From positions 31,186,001 through 31,250,000 of the forward strand of contig OZ024744.1 in the NCBI GenBank assembly GCA_964016885.1: a DNA stretch of 64,000 bases. Direction: 5' to 3'. Position 1 is the stretch's first letter; every line of letters starts with the position of its first letter. Shown here piece after piece: positions 39,501 to 53,786 of this stretch. Under the pieces are notes generated by a model. The model was not told the DNA's origin. It searched no databases and saw only the letters and a list, made by a program, of their open reading frames with translations. This DNA is from Eledone cirrhosa (lineage: Eukaryota). Position numbers and translations under genes: made by a program.

Positions 39501-42500
39501 GCTAGTGTACTACTGTAGCTAGTACACCACTGTAACTAGTGTACTACTGTAGCTAGTACACCACTGTAGCTAGTGTACTACTGTAGCTAGTACACCACTG
39601 TAGCTAGTGTACTACTGTAGCTAGTACACCACTGTAGCTAGTGTACTACTGTAGCTAGTACACCACTGTAGCTAGTGTACTACTGTAGCTAGTACACCAC
39701 TGTAGCTAGTACACCACTGTAGCTAGTGTACTACTGCTGCTAGTGTTCTACTGTAGCTAGTACACCACTGTAGCTAGTGTATTACTGCTGCTAGTGTTCT
39801 ACTGTAGCTAGTACACCACTGTAGCTAGTACACCACTGTAGCTAGTGTATTACTGCTGCTAGTGTTCTACTGTAGCTAGTACACCACTGTAGCTAGTGTA
39901 CTACTGTAGCTAGTACACCACAGTAGCTAGTGTACTACTGTAGCTAGTACACCACTGTAGCTAGTACACCACTGTAGCTAGTGTATTACTGCTGCTAGTG
40001 TTCTACTGTAGCTAGTACACCACTGTAGCTAGTGTACTACTGTAGCTAGTACACCACTGTAGCTAGTGTACTACTGTAGCTAGTACACCACTGTAGCTAG
40101 TACACCACTGTAGCTAGTGTACCACTGTAGCTAGTGTACTACTGTAGCTAGTACACCACTGTAGCTAGTACACCACTGTAGCTAGTGTACCACTGTAGCT
40201 AGTGTACTACTGTAGCTAGTACACCACTGTAGCTAGTGTACTACTGTAGCTAGTACACCACTGTAGCTAGTACACCACAGTAGCTAGTGTACTGCTGCTG
40301 CTAGTGTTCTACTGTAGCTAGTACACCACTGTAGCTAGTGTACTACTGTATATGGTGTACTACTGTAGCTAGTACACCACTGTAGATAGTGTACTACTGT
40401 AGCTAGTGTACTACTGTAGCTAGTACGCCACTGTAGCTAGTGTAATACTGTAGCTAGTACGCCACTGTAGCTAGTGTACTACTGTAGCTAGTACGCCACT
40501 GTAGCTAGTGTACTTCTGTAGCTAGTACGCCACTGTAGCTAGTGTACTACTGTAGCTAGTACGCCACTGTAGCTAGTGTACTACTGTAGCTAGTACGCCA
40601 CTGTAGCTAGTGTACTACTGTAGCTAGTACGCCACTGTAGCTAGTGTACTACTGTAGCTAGTACGCCACTGTAGCTATTATACCACTGTAGCTAGTACGC
40701 CACTGTAGCTAGTGTAATACTGTAGCTAGTACGCCACTGTAGCTAGTACGCCACTGTAGCTAGTGTACTTCTGTAGCTAGTACGCCACAGTAGCTAGTGT
40801 ACTTCTGTAGCTAGTACGCCACTGTAGCTAGTGTAATACTGTAGCTAGTACGCCACTGTAGCTAGTGTAATACTGTAGCTAGTACGCCACTGTAGCTAGT
40901 GTAATGCTGTAGCTAGTACGCCACTGTAGCTAGTGTACTTCTGTAGCTAGTACGCCACTGTAGCTAGTGTACTACTGTAGCTAGTACGCCACTGTAGCTA
41001 GTGTAATACTGTAGCTAGTACGCCACTGTAGCTAGTGTACTTCTGTAGCTAGTACGCCACTGTAGCTATTATACCACTGTAGCTAGTACGCCACTGTAGC
41101 TAGTGTAATACTGTAGCTAGTACGCCACTCTAGCTAGTGTAATACTGTAGCTAGTACGCCACTGTAGCTAGTGTACTTCTGTAGCTAGTACGCCACTGTA
41201 GCTAGCGTACTTCTGTAGCTAGTACGCCACTGTAGCTAGTGTACTTCTGTAGCTAGTACGCCACTGTAGCTAGTGTAATACTGTAGCTAGTACGCCACTG
41301 TAGCTAGTGTAATACTGTAGCTAGTACGCCACTGTAGCTAGTGTACTTCTGTAGCTAGTACGCCACTGTAGCTAGTGTAATACTGTAGCTAGTACGCTAC
41401 TGTAGCTAGTGTACTACTGTAGCTAGTACGCCACTGTAGCTAGTGTAATACTGTAGCTAGTACGCCACTGTAGCTAGTGTACTACTGTAGCTAGTACGCC
41501 ACTGTAGCTAGTGTAATACTGTAGCTAGTACGCCACTGTAGCTAGTGTACTTCTGTAGCTAGTACGCCACTGTAGCTAGTGTAATACTGTAGCTAGTACG
41601 CCACTGTAGCTAGTGTACCACTGTAGCTAGTACGCCACTGTAGCTAGTGTAATACTGTAGCTAGTACGCCACTGTAGCTAGTGTAATACTGTAGCTAGTA
41701 CGCCACTGTAGCTAGTGTACTACTGTAGCTAGTACGCCACTGTAGCTGTGTAATACTGTAGATAGTACGCCACTGTAGCTAGTGTACTACTGTAGCTAGT
41801 ACGCCACTGTAGCTAGTGTACTTCTGTAGCTAGTACGCCACTGTAGCTAGTGTAATACTGTAGCTAGTACGCCACTGTAGCTAGTGTAATACTGTAGCTA
41901 GTACGCCACTGTAGCTAGTGTACTACTGTAGCTAGTACGCCACTGTAGCTAGTGTAATACTGTAGCTAGTACGCCACTGTAGCTAGTGTAATACTGTAGC
42001 TAGTACGCCACTGTAGCTATTATACCACTGTAGCTAGTACGCCACTGTAGCTAGTGTACTACTATAGCTAGTACGCCACTGTAGCTAGTGTAATACTGTA
42101 GCTAGTACGCCACTGTAGCTAGTGTAATACTGTAGCTAGTACGCCACTGTAGCTAGTGTAATACTGTAGCTAGTACGCCACTGTAGCTAGTGTAATACTG
42201 TAGCTAGTACGCCACTGTAGCTAGTGTACTACTGTAGCTATTATACCACTGTAGCTAGTGTACTACTGTAGCTAGTACGCCACTGTAGCTAGTGTAATAC
42301 TGTAGCTAGTACACCACTGTAGCTAGTGTACTACTGTAGCTAGTACGCCACTGTAGCTAGTGTAATACTGTAGCTAGTACACCACTGTAGCTAGTGTAAT
42401 ACTGTAGCTAGTACGCCACTGTAGCTAGTGTAATACTGTAGCTAGTACGCCACTGTAGCTAGTGTACTACTGTAGCTAGTACGCCACTGTAGCTAGTGTA

Positions 42501-44792
42501 CTACTCTAGCTAGTACGCCACTGTAGCTAGTGTAATACTGTAGCTAGTACACCCCTGTAGCTAGTACACCACTGTAGCTAGTGTGCTACTGTAGCTAGTA
42601 CGCCACTGTAGCTAGTGTAATACTGTAGCTAGTACGCCACTGTAGCTAGTGTACTACTGTAGCTAGTACGCCACTGTAGCTAGTGTACTACTGTAGCTAG
42701 TACGCCACTGTAGCTAGTGTACTACTGTAGCTAGTACGCCACTGTAGCTAGTGTACTACTGTAGCTAGTACGCCACTGTAGCTAGTGTAATACTGTAGCT
42801 AGTACGCCACTGTAGCTAGTGTACTACTGTAGCTAGTACGCCACTGTAGCTAGTGTACTTCTGTAGCTAGTACGCCACTGTAGCTAGTGTAATACTGTAG
42901 CTAGTACGCCACTGTAGCTAGTGTAATACTGTAGCTAGTACGCCACTGTAGCTAGTGTACTACTGTAGCTAGTACGCCACTGTAGCTAGTGTAATACTGT
43001 AGCTAGTACGCCACTGTAGCTAGTGTAATACTGTAGCTAGTACGCCACTGTAGCTAGTGTAATACTGTAGCTAGTACGCCACTGTAGCTAGTGTAATACT
43101 GTAGCTAGTACGCCACTGTAGCTATTACACCACTGTAGCTAGTACGCCACTGTAGCTAGTGTACTACTGTAGCTAGTACGCCACTGTAGCTAGTGTAATA
43201 CTGTAGCTAGTACGCCACTGTAGCTAGTGTAATACTGTAGCTAGTACGCCACTGTAGCTAGTGTAATACTGTAGCTAGTACGCCACTGTAGCTAGTCTAC
43301 TACTGTAGCTATTATACCACTGTAGCTAGTGTACTACTGTAGCTAGTACGCCACTGTAGCTAGTGTAATACTGTAGCTAGTACACCACTGTAGCTAGTGT
43401 ACTACTGTAGCTAGTACGCCACAGTAGCTAGTGTAATACTGTAGCTAGTACACCACTGTAGCTAGTGTAATACTGTAGCTAGTACGCCACTGTAGCTAGT
43501 GTAATACTGTAGCTAGTACGCCACTGTAGCTAGTGTACTACTGTAGCTAGTACGCCACTGTAGCTAGTGTACTACTCTAGCTAGTACGCCACTGTAGCTA
43601 GTGTAATACTGTAGCTAGTACACCCCTGTAGCTAGTACACCACTGTAGCTAGTGTACTACTGTAGCTAGCACGCCACTGTAGCTAGTGTAATACTGTAGC
43701 TAGTACGCCACTGTAGCTAGTATAATACTCTAGCTAGTACGCCACTGTAGCTAGTACACCACTGTAGCTAGTGTACTACTGTAGCTAGTACGCCACTGTA
43801 GCTAGTGTAATACTGTAGCTAATACGCCACTGTAGCTAGTGTACTACTGTAGCTAGTACGCCACTGTAGCTAGTGTAATACTGTAGCTAGTACGCCACTG
43901 TAGCTAGTGTACTACTGTAGCTAGTACGCCACTGTAGCTAGTGTACTACTGTAGCTAGTACGCCACTGTAGCTAGTGTACTACTGTAGCTAGTACGCCAC
44001 TGTAGCTAGTGTACTACTGTATATGGTGTACTACTGTAGCTAGTACACCACTGTAGATAGTGTACTACTGTAGCTAGTGTAATACTGTAGCTAGTACGCC
44101 ACTGTAGCTAGTGTACTACTGTAGCTAGTACGCCACTGTAGCTAGTGTACTACTGTAGCTAGTGTACTACTGTATATGGTGTACTACTGTAGCTAGTACA
44201 CCACTGTAGATAGTGTACTACTGTAGCTAGTGTAATACTGTAGCTAGTACGCCACTGTAGCTAGTGTAATACTGTAGCTAGTACGCCACTGTAGCTAGTG
44301 TAATACTGTAGCTATTACGCCACTGTAGCTAGTGTACTACTGTATATGGTGTACTACTGTAGCTAGTACACCACTGTAGCTAGTGTACTACTGTAGCTAG
44401 TGTAATACTGTAGCTAGTACGCCACTGTAGCTAGTGTACTACTGTAGCTAGTACGCCACTGTAGCTAGTGTACTACTGTAGCTAGTACGCCACTGTAGCT
44501 AGTGTACTACTGTATATGGTGTACTACTGTAGCTAGTACACCACTGTAGATAGTGTACTACTGTAGTTAGTGTAATACTGTAGCTAGTACGCCACTGTAG
44601 CTAGTGTAATACTGTAGCTAGTACGCCACTGTAGCTAGTGTAATACTGTAGCTAGTACGCCACTGTAGCTAGTGTAATACTGTAGCTAGTACGCCACTGT
44701 AGCTAGTGTACTACTGTAGCTAGTACGCCACTGTAGCTAGTGTACTACTGTAGCTAGTACGCCATGTAGCTATTATACCACTGTAGCTAGTA
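24540..44792. repeat. 17-bp satellite array (~20 kb, roughly 1,200 units)
   Basis: Unit actgtagctagtgtact / actgtagctagtacacc; inverted block at ~28535-29690; 34-bp dimer from ~40420. Confidence 0.98.
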
Positions 44793-45945
44793 TATTTGGA
44801 GTGGAGATGAACGCCACCAGGTTTTAAAAGCTACCCTAGAAATATCGTTACTGTGCCCCCACGTCTCCCTTAGGAGTTACGGTCTTATACATGCCCCATT
44901 ATAATAGGATGCCGCCCTGTCATTAATGTATCGGTCCTGGGATAGACAAGAAGTGATCCTATTTATTCCAACCAGCAGGTTCCTAAGTATGGCAGGTGAT
45001 GTACTTGGAATTTTTATGGTTATAAATGAAATTTCACACAACCTTCTGTTGGAGTATTGATTTTGTTTAGCTACCTTTATAGCTTGTATTTTTAGTGGTG
45101 TGTTGTGTTCTTGAGCAAGACTCTTTATTCAGGTTCGTCTAGTTTACTAAGCTGTACAAATAAGTTGCGACGTCACTGGTGCCAAGTTTTATCGTCATTT
45201 GCCTTTCTCTTGGACAACGGTATATATAGTGTTTCTATAGTGTATATATAATGTTATGACATCACTATTGCTCGGTGGCGTGGAATGGGGAGACTTGGAC
45301 GAATGGGTGACCACTGGTCAACTACAAACCACCTTGCTCGGATTTGTACCTCGAAGGGAAACTTTCTAATTGCAAATCCTTTTTGTACATTGTATTATGT
45401 TTAGGAAGTTAGATGTTAAGTTAGAGCTAATGGTTTTTTTCAAATCTACTTAAATACTTTCTAAGCCTATACATAGTATGGCCAACCATGTTGTGTGAGG
45501 TAGTTACGCCATCATTACTGTACGACCCGAAGCTACGAAAGTGGTACGGATCGCAGTCATCAACCTAACAAGTATCAATTCAGCCACAACAATTCCACTT
45601 ATTTACAATATCTTCTGAAATATTACACATACACATCGTATGTGTGTGCAGAACCCAGATTAACAATGGTGCGACTCACTATTGACTTTCCTATAAATAT
45701 ATATGAAACAAAACAAGAAAGGAGTCAATGGACAAGTTACCCGACCTGGTTTGCTTACCATGTGGGGTGGAAATCGTCAAATCGGAGCGAGGAAACAATG
45801 GTCTTTCCATTGCAGATACTATCTTTCTACCAGTCGCAACTCCTGATAGAAAGAGCAACGTGAAATAAAGTGTCTTCTCTAAACACGTGCATTAAATATA
45901 AACTCTACTCAATTCACTCTTGTTTCATTGCGCACATACACGCAA

Positions 45946-46035
<90 letters not shown>

Positions 46036-46367
46036 ACGCTTAATGTCTACAGTAAGTAGATATTTAAAACTATTGAAATAGTCTTCGGAAGGTTCAAGTT
46101 ATGACTGTTCACTACAATGCGGCTAACAGAGCATAACTATTTAAATCAATACGATTGTAGAGATTAAAGATGGATTTAATCTAAAAACCTTGATTTTCTT
46201 CAATTTATGCTCTGTTACCCTTCACCAACTTTAACAGCAACAACTTTAACCTTCCCAAGACTATTCCTGTTGACCTCAAGCGCACATTCGGCTTTTAACA
46301 CCTTACCAAAATTAACTTGCACCTGTTTTAACTGCTTTGTTTCATTGCTCGCTTGTGTTCAAGGCCT

Positions 46368-47095
46368 GTGGATTGGCAGTATCAGTAAGGGGTCGGTCGC
46401 CATGCTCTTCAGCATAGAGTTCTTTCCCTTTACGGTCTGAGTTCAAATCCCGCCGAGGTTAGCTTTGCCTTTCATCCTTACGGGGTCGATAGAATAAAGT
46501 ACCAGTAATGTACTGGGGTCGATGTAATCGACTATCCTCCTCCCAAAAAATTGTTGACCTGCCAAAATCAGTACCAGTAATGCACTGGGTAATAATTTGC
46601 TGGCCTTGTGCCAAAAAGTAGAAACAATTATTTGCTATTATTATTGACACGTGAGGGCGGCGGATTAGCAGTATCGGTAGAGGATCGGACGCCATGCTTT
46701 GCAGCAAAGAGTTACGGCCCTTTATGGTCTGAGTTCAAACCCCGCCGAGGTTAACTTTGTCTTTCATCCTTACAGGGTCGATAAAATAAAGTACCAGTAA
46801 TACACTGAGTAATTGCTGGCCTTGTGCCTAAAGTGGAAACAATTATTGACACATGTTGAATTTAATCCTTCTGAATCCGCCTCATGGAATGCAAGTTAGT
46901 TTATATACTACGTGAATAATTATTTGTTTCTACTTTTGGCACAAGGCCAGCAATTATATCAGTGTATTACTGGTACTTTATTTTATCGACTCCGTAAGGA
47001 TGAAAGACAAAGTTAACCTCGCCGGGGTTTGAACTCAGACCATAACTCTTTGCTGCAAAGCATGGCGTCAGACCCTCTACCGATACTGCTAATCC
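46368..47095. mobile_element. SINE cluster (46368-46547 +, 46571-46630 +, 46654-46846 +, 46920-47095 -)
   Basis: SINE consensus repeated in both orientations. Confidence 0.85.
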
Positions 47096-47458
47096 CCAAT
47101 GACGGCTAATAATATCATCTATACATGATATTAAAAAGATGATTTTTTGTTGGTTGGTTCCTTCGCACTCCCTCACACAAGTGATACAAACAAACAAACA
47201 CACAAGTGTGACGAATCTTAGGACGACGGACATCTATAGTTTCTCACCCCCTCCTTCCTCGGTCATCACATAGATGTATGTGTATGTAATAATTATTTTA
47301 TCTAAGTGTGTTTGTTTTTATATATGTATGTGTAGATTCGTGTGTGTTTGTAATTCTATTGTCTATGTATCTTTCTAAATAAACACACAGAAACTCATAT
47401 ACACTCAAATATATATAAATATAATCTACATAAACACACATATACACCCACACAAATA

Positions 47459-48483
47459 TCTATATATTAATTTCAACAATGTCAGTATTCCGTGTGTCAT
47501 AATTCTCGATTATCATTGGTTCATAGGTTTCAAACGACTCCGCCCATCTCAACGACGCCAAACTTAAATTAATATACATAATTGTTTCTACTTTAGGCAC
47601 AAGGCCAGCAATTACCCAGTGCATTACTGGTACTTTATTTTATCGACCCCGTAAGGATGAAAGGCAAAGTCAACCTCGGCGGGATTTGAACTCAGATCGT
47701 AAAGGGACGTAACTATGCTGGAAAGCATGGCATCAAACCCTCTACCGATACTGCCAATACACCGCCCTGTAAATTAATATACATAATGCCAATGAGGGAG
47801 TGAGAGGGGAGAGTAAGAAACAGAGGCAAATTGAATGCTGTAACTATTACCATGTGTGCGTTTGTATGTACGTGCGCGTATGTTTAAGTGCGTGTGCGTG
47901 CGTGCAGCATTCCACAGAAAGTAAAAGCAATTCGACTTTATCAAACAGTGAACTACAGCGGCGACGGCGTGCAGCCAGGAATGAAGAAAAACGGGCTGAA
48001 CAGCGCCATCGGAACGCCGAACTTCAGAGGCGAAGACGTGCCGCCATGAATGAAGAGGAGCTGGCTGAATAACGCCAACGAAACACTGGAGCCAAGCAGC
48101 GACGAACTGGCTGAGCATCATCTTTTATATTAATTATCTATATATAATATAAAAGATTGGAACTTCCATCATCCTTTTGAGAAACGTAGAACAAGCACGT
48201 CTATGCAATGATACACGTTTTACAGTCAGGCAGAAGATGAACCATCTCCTAGAGGTCACTATTCTAGGGGGGAGCACCTAGAATTGTTCATATACTATGC
48301 ACAAACGGTGCTACGAAGAATCTGGTATATCTGGAAGATTTTTTTAACTGTATTTGGTATCACACAGACACCATGGACTCGCCTCATACTGTAACCAGAC
48401 AAACATCCAATACAGTCATTTTCTCTTTTACCTGTCTTCTCTTATCATCTGTTTACCCGGGTGAAGCTGGGTACGTCAGCTAG
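47459..48483 (+). mobile_element. Helitron-derived region (5' ends at 47459 and 48137, 3' end at 48483) with nested SINE 47579-47767 (minus)
   Basis: A|TCTATATAT starts; cccgggtgaagctggg hairpin then CTAG|T; Arg/Glu-rich repeat ELQRRRRAA at ~47950-48070. Confidence 0.6.
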
Positions 48484-48616
48484 TTATATATAAAAATAAA
48501 TTACACAAACACACATATACACACACACAAACAATAACATAATCATAACAGCCAATGTGTGTAGCAAATTCGCTATCCATATACACATACAGGTGTAGCG
48601 AATGTTAGAGGCTGCC

Positions 48617-49440
48617 ACTCCTTCCTTCCTCAAGCGACGTCATCACCCTTTCCTTCCTCAGTCGACGTCATCACCCCTTCCTTCCACCGTCGACATTGTC
48701 ACCCCTTTCTTCCTCAGTCGACTTAATCACCCCTTCCTTCCGCAGTCGACGTTATCATCTCTTCCTTCCTCAGTCAACGTCATCACCCCTTCCTTCCTCA
48801 GTCAACGTCATCACCCCTTCCTTCCTCAGTCGACGTAATCACCTCTTTCTTCCTCGGTCGACGTTATCACCCCTTCCTTCCTCAGTCGACGTAATCACCC
48901 CTTCCTTACGCGACGTTATCACCCCTTCCTTCCTCAGTCGACGTCGCCACCCCTTCCTTCCTCAGGCGACGTTATCACCCCTTCCTTCCTCAGTCGACGT
49001 AATCACCCCTTCCTTACGCGACGTTATCACCCCTTCCTTCCTCAGTCGACGTCGCCACCCCTTCCTTCCTCAGGCGACGTTATCACCTCTTCCTTCCTCA
49101 GTCGATGTCACCACCTCTTCCTTGCTCAGTCGACGTCGCCACCCTTTCCTTCCTCAGTTGACGTAGTCACCTCTTCCTTGCTCAGTCGACGTCATCACTC
49201 CTTCCTTCTTCAGTTGACATCATAACACCTTCCTTCCTCAGTCGACGTCATCACTCCTTCCTTCCTCAGTCGACGTCATCACCCCTTCCTTCCTCAGTCA
49301 AAGTAATCACCCCTTTCTACCTCTGTCGACGTTATCACCCCTTCCTTCGTAAGTCGATGTAATCACTCCTTCCTTCCTCAGTTGACGTAATAACCCCTTC
49401 CTCTCTCAGTCGATGTAATCACCCCTTCCTTTCTCAGTCG
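48617..49440. repeat. 28-bp minisatellite, ~29 copies
   Basis: Unit cagtcgacgtcatcaccccttccttcct; starts at 49211 and 49239. Confidence 0.95.
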
Positions 49441-49873
49441 AGAGTTCATACTAGCCATCATGGCTAGTATGAACTCTCTGACCCTTCAAGGATGAAGAAA
49501 GGAATCTACATAGAACTGAGATGATGTGGTGATTTTTTTTTTGGGGGGGGGGGTATTGTTTTACGCCTGCGCACAGCCGTAGGAGCTGATTGAAGCTCAT
49601 AGATTCCTGATTATTACTAGAATTCTATAAGAAACCAGCCTCTATAATTTTCGGCAAAGGCAGGGAGAACGTTGTTCTGTGGAACACCAACAGTGTGAAA
49701 CAGAATCTGTTAGCTTCTCTCCCTTCTTTGTGGAAAAATGAAGTGACATGGTCACTACTTTAAAAATAATAGCGCAAGGTCTTCAAAATGTTTTTAATTA
49801 AACATACGGTATATTGCCAAATACACTATACATACCTTCATGTATACATCGCTATTTCAGAGCACCAATCCTA

Positions 49874-49904
<31 letters not shown>

Positions 49905-49944
49905 CGATATTAATAAATGGAAACTATATTTATAAAACCATATT

Positions 49945-50009
49945 TATTTCATTATACATATTTCAGGGATACCAAATTAAATTATGGTATGCCTTCATCA
50001 GACAAAATA
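49945..50009 (-). ncRNA. Type I hammerhead motif, family C (element ~49902-50095)
   Basis: Minus strand: tattttgt CTGATGA aggcatacca..tggtatccct GAAA t-atgt-ATA atgaaata; same as 63022-63086. Confidence 0.8.
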
Positions 50010-50408
50010 CAATATATAACAGTTTTACAAATAAGCTTTGACGTACCCTTTTAAAATGCAGCCATTATTTTTGGAAGCCATCTGGATAGTGAATTGTTTA
50101 TATTATTTTAATAGGTCTTAGTGTTAAGGACAATTAGAAAAAGACGGAGAGAAAGAAAGACAGAGAGAAAGAAAAAAGAAAAAGAAAAAGAAAAAAAAAG
50201 AAAAAGAAAAAGAAAAAGAAAAAGAAAAAGAAAAAGAAAAAGAAAAAGAAAAAAACGTGGAGAAATATCGGAGAGAGAGAAATGCATGGAGAAAAAAGAG
50301 AGAGATATAAATAAAGACAGTATATCTACTCCAAATACTTGTCGAGTGCTTTATATCAGTTATAAAAATATTTACTTGTTGTATCCCAACAATTTTAAAT
50401 AGAACTTT

Positions 50409-50444
<36 letters not shown>

Positions 50445-50760
50445 CACACTTATATGACTATGTAAGTCTATGCATACATACACACAAACATTCATATACA
50501 TAAATAAAGCTATATAAATAAAGCCATATGTATATAGGGCTTTATTTATGTATATGAATGTGTGTGCGTATGTATGCACAGACTTCCATATTCATATAAG
50601 TGTGCCTATGTATGTGTGTATATATATTTATACATATATTTCTTTATCCCTAATTTTAATCTGTTTCGGTGAGTACATGAATTTTTTCCCGTTATTTTAT
50701 TTCAGCCTCACTTTTTTTATAATAGATTTTAATTTCATATCTTATTTCCAAATTAATGAT

Positions 50761-50831
50761 TTCTATCTGATGACCGGATTCAGACGCCTCTCTTAGAACC
50801 GTCTGACTTCGTGAAACCTTGGGTAATGGAA
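50761..50831 (+). ncRNA. Type I hammerhead motif, family E-related
   Basis: ttctat CTGATGA ccggattcagacg..cgtctgacttcgt GAAA ccttgg GTA atggaa; the tail to ~50930 resembles 58485-58600. First stem II pair is mismatched. Confidence 0.7.
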
Positions 50832-50960
50832 TAATTATATTGTGTTGTTTATTGGATAATTAACTAGCTGTGTACTATATATAGAGCACTCTTCTTTCCT
50901 TTACTTTATCTACGGAAATACTTAACATGTATATATATATTTGTATATATATAATATACA

Positions 50961-51075
<115 letters not shown>

Positions 51076-51764
51076 GCATACTCACACATACATACGAACG
51101 TACGTACGTATTGCATACATACATATAAGGTATATGTGCGTTCATGTATACATACGTGTGTGTACGGCATTGTTCCACACTCCTTAACTACCAACACCAA
51201 CCAACCCTATTACAACGTATCCCCCATTCCCATGCACGTACCACCGCCTTCCTACACTACATATCCCAGCACCACCATCGCCGTCTCCGCCAACACTACA
51301 ATCACTGTGACTTGCTGTACGTGTGTGAGAATGCATTAAAAAATCTGTATATAAATGTGAGTGACTTCTGTCCGTCCGTCACAAAATGTGTGTGTATGTG
51401 TGCGTATGTATGTGTTTGTGTTTGTGTGTATGTGTGTGTAAAAGGAAGGAAAGGGATGGTGTAAAAACTTTAGCAAAACAGCGGTAAGCGTTTCATTTGC
51501 TACGCTGTATATGTGTTTGAGTGAGTGTATGTGTATGTGTGTGTTTGTGTAAAAGTATATCTGAGTGTGTATTTTTCTGTGTCTGCACGTTTATATCTAT
51601 ATACTCATACTTATAAATGTATACACACAAGTACGCACATATATACACATACGCGTCAGCGTGTTGGAAAAAAACGTAGTTGTATAAAAAGACAGAGACG
51701 CAGAAAAGAATCAGAGAGATAGAGAGTAAAGGAAGGAAGAAGAAAAAGAAGAGAGAGAGAGAGA

Positions 51765-51816
<52 letters not shown>

Positions 51817-51829
51817 TGTGAGATTTTGA

Positions 51830-52487
51830 TGCCGTCACCACAGCCACCGCCATCATCGCTGCCAATACCACCGCCATCACCATATAATAACCATCTCGAC
51901 CACCATCGCCATTGCCATCACCACCACCAGCGACATCACCACTGCCACTTTACGACCGAACAACATGGCGGTCACCATCCTCACTATCACCACCACCACA
52001 TCACTAACAACAACAGTTATTAACATCAACAATACCACTACTGCCACCATCAACAACAAAGCCTACCACCACCACTAACACCATCACCAACACAAAACAA
52101 CTCCACTACTATCGCCACCAACACCACCGCACCAATACCACCACCAACATCACCACCACCAGCACCACACCACCACCACACCACCACCAACATCACCACC
52201 ACCACCAGCACCACACCACCACCAACATCACCACCACCACCACCACCACCACACCACCACCACCACCAACATCACCACCACCACCACCACCACCACCACC
52301 ACCACACCACCACCACCAACATCACCACCACCACACCAACACCACCACCACACCACCACCAACATCACCACCACCACCACAGCAACACCAATACCACACC
52401 ACCACCAACACCACCATCATCACCACACCAACACCAATACCACACCACCACCACACCACCATCAACATCACCATTACCACCGCCGCC
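51830..52487. repeat. (CAC)n-rich low-complexity tract
   Basis: Direct reading. Confidence 0.95.
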
Positions 52488-52891
52488 TTATTGTAAGTAC
52501 TGTAAAGTAAGACAAACAAGCAACAACAACAATAACAATAACACATTCCGCAGTCGGTAGCGATAGTTTTCCCACGCCTTGGAGTGTGAGAGAGAGAGAG
52601 AGAGAGAGGGTGGGATGGTGTAGAGAGGGAGAGAGAAAACAACTGTCAGCCGTGACACTTGAAGGAGAAAGGAGTAAGCAGAAGAAGGTTGAGGAGGGGG
52701 AAGGAAGAGGAGAACTAGTGATGTCACTACACACCACCACGAATACCACCACCACCACCACATCAACAATGTCATTAGGAAAATATGGTCTATTTACAAC
52801 GAACAGTCACACTCTCTCTTTCTCTCTCGCCGTATTGTGAGCAACAATCCCCATAGCGTGCGGCCGTGCGTATCAGCGCCCGACTTATGTT

Positions 52892-52935
<44 letters not shown>

Positions 52936-53074
52936 ATATCTATATATATATATGTAGGAGGTGAGTTTTATTGTAGTACAATAAAACAATGCAGATATCG
53001 GATAAGTAGCACTCTACAATTTGTAGGACTAGAGTATAAATAATATATAAGATCAAAAGATGGAACTCTTTTTG

Positions 53075-53686
53075 AAAAAATGAAACGAAATTTCATTTCC
53101 CACTCTTAGTACGGCTGTTACTTAAATATAAGTATGTACACGTACATACATATATGTGTACAGACCTACAGTAGTATGTATATATATATATACATACATG
53201 CACACATATATATATGTACGTATGGATTAACCGAACATTTATTATAATGCTCAGTGTGTTTGTAAACAAACATCCCGTATTAAGCCGTAGTGTCTAGCAA
53301 CCATCGTTGCTCGTTTGTTCAACACTGACAAATGAACGCTGTACTAGTTTCAAGCTTATTAGCTATCGCCAGCAACGTATACCTTCCTGCCAGATTGTTG
53401 AACTTACCTTATGCATATTAGCAGCTGAGAAGCCCAATTTGCATATCGAGTGGGTTAATCGGCCGGGTGCACCGAAAACGATAAACGGAAAAAATGAAAC
53501 GAAATTTCATTTCCCACTCTTAGTGCGGCTGTTACTTAAACATAAGTATGTACACGTACATACATATATGTATACAGACGTACAGTAGTATGTATATATA
53601 TATATACATACATGCACACATATATATATATATGTACGTATGGATTCACCGAACATTTATTATAATGCTCGGTTTGTTTGTAAACA
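53075..53686. repeat. ~195-bp direct repeats with ~414-bp period
   Basis: gaaaaaatgaaacgaaatttcatttcccactc...tgtttgtaaaca at 53075 and 53489. Confidence 0.85.
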
Positions 53687-53786
53687 TATATATATATGCA
53701 GAGGTTATATTTAATTTGTTGGGATTCAACAAGCTTAAACATTTTTTATAACTGATATAAAGCACTCAACAGCTTAGTGGAGTAAA

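Noticed and set aside
48602-49166. Ser/Pro-rich ORFs
   Set aside because: These are translations of the 28-bp minisatellite.
52488-52880. Possible host 5' UTR, promoter or exon (GA-rich, gtaagt at ~52493)
   Set aside because: No coding or homology evidence; needs RNA-seq.
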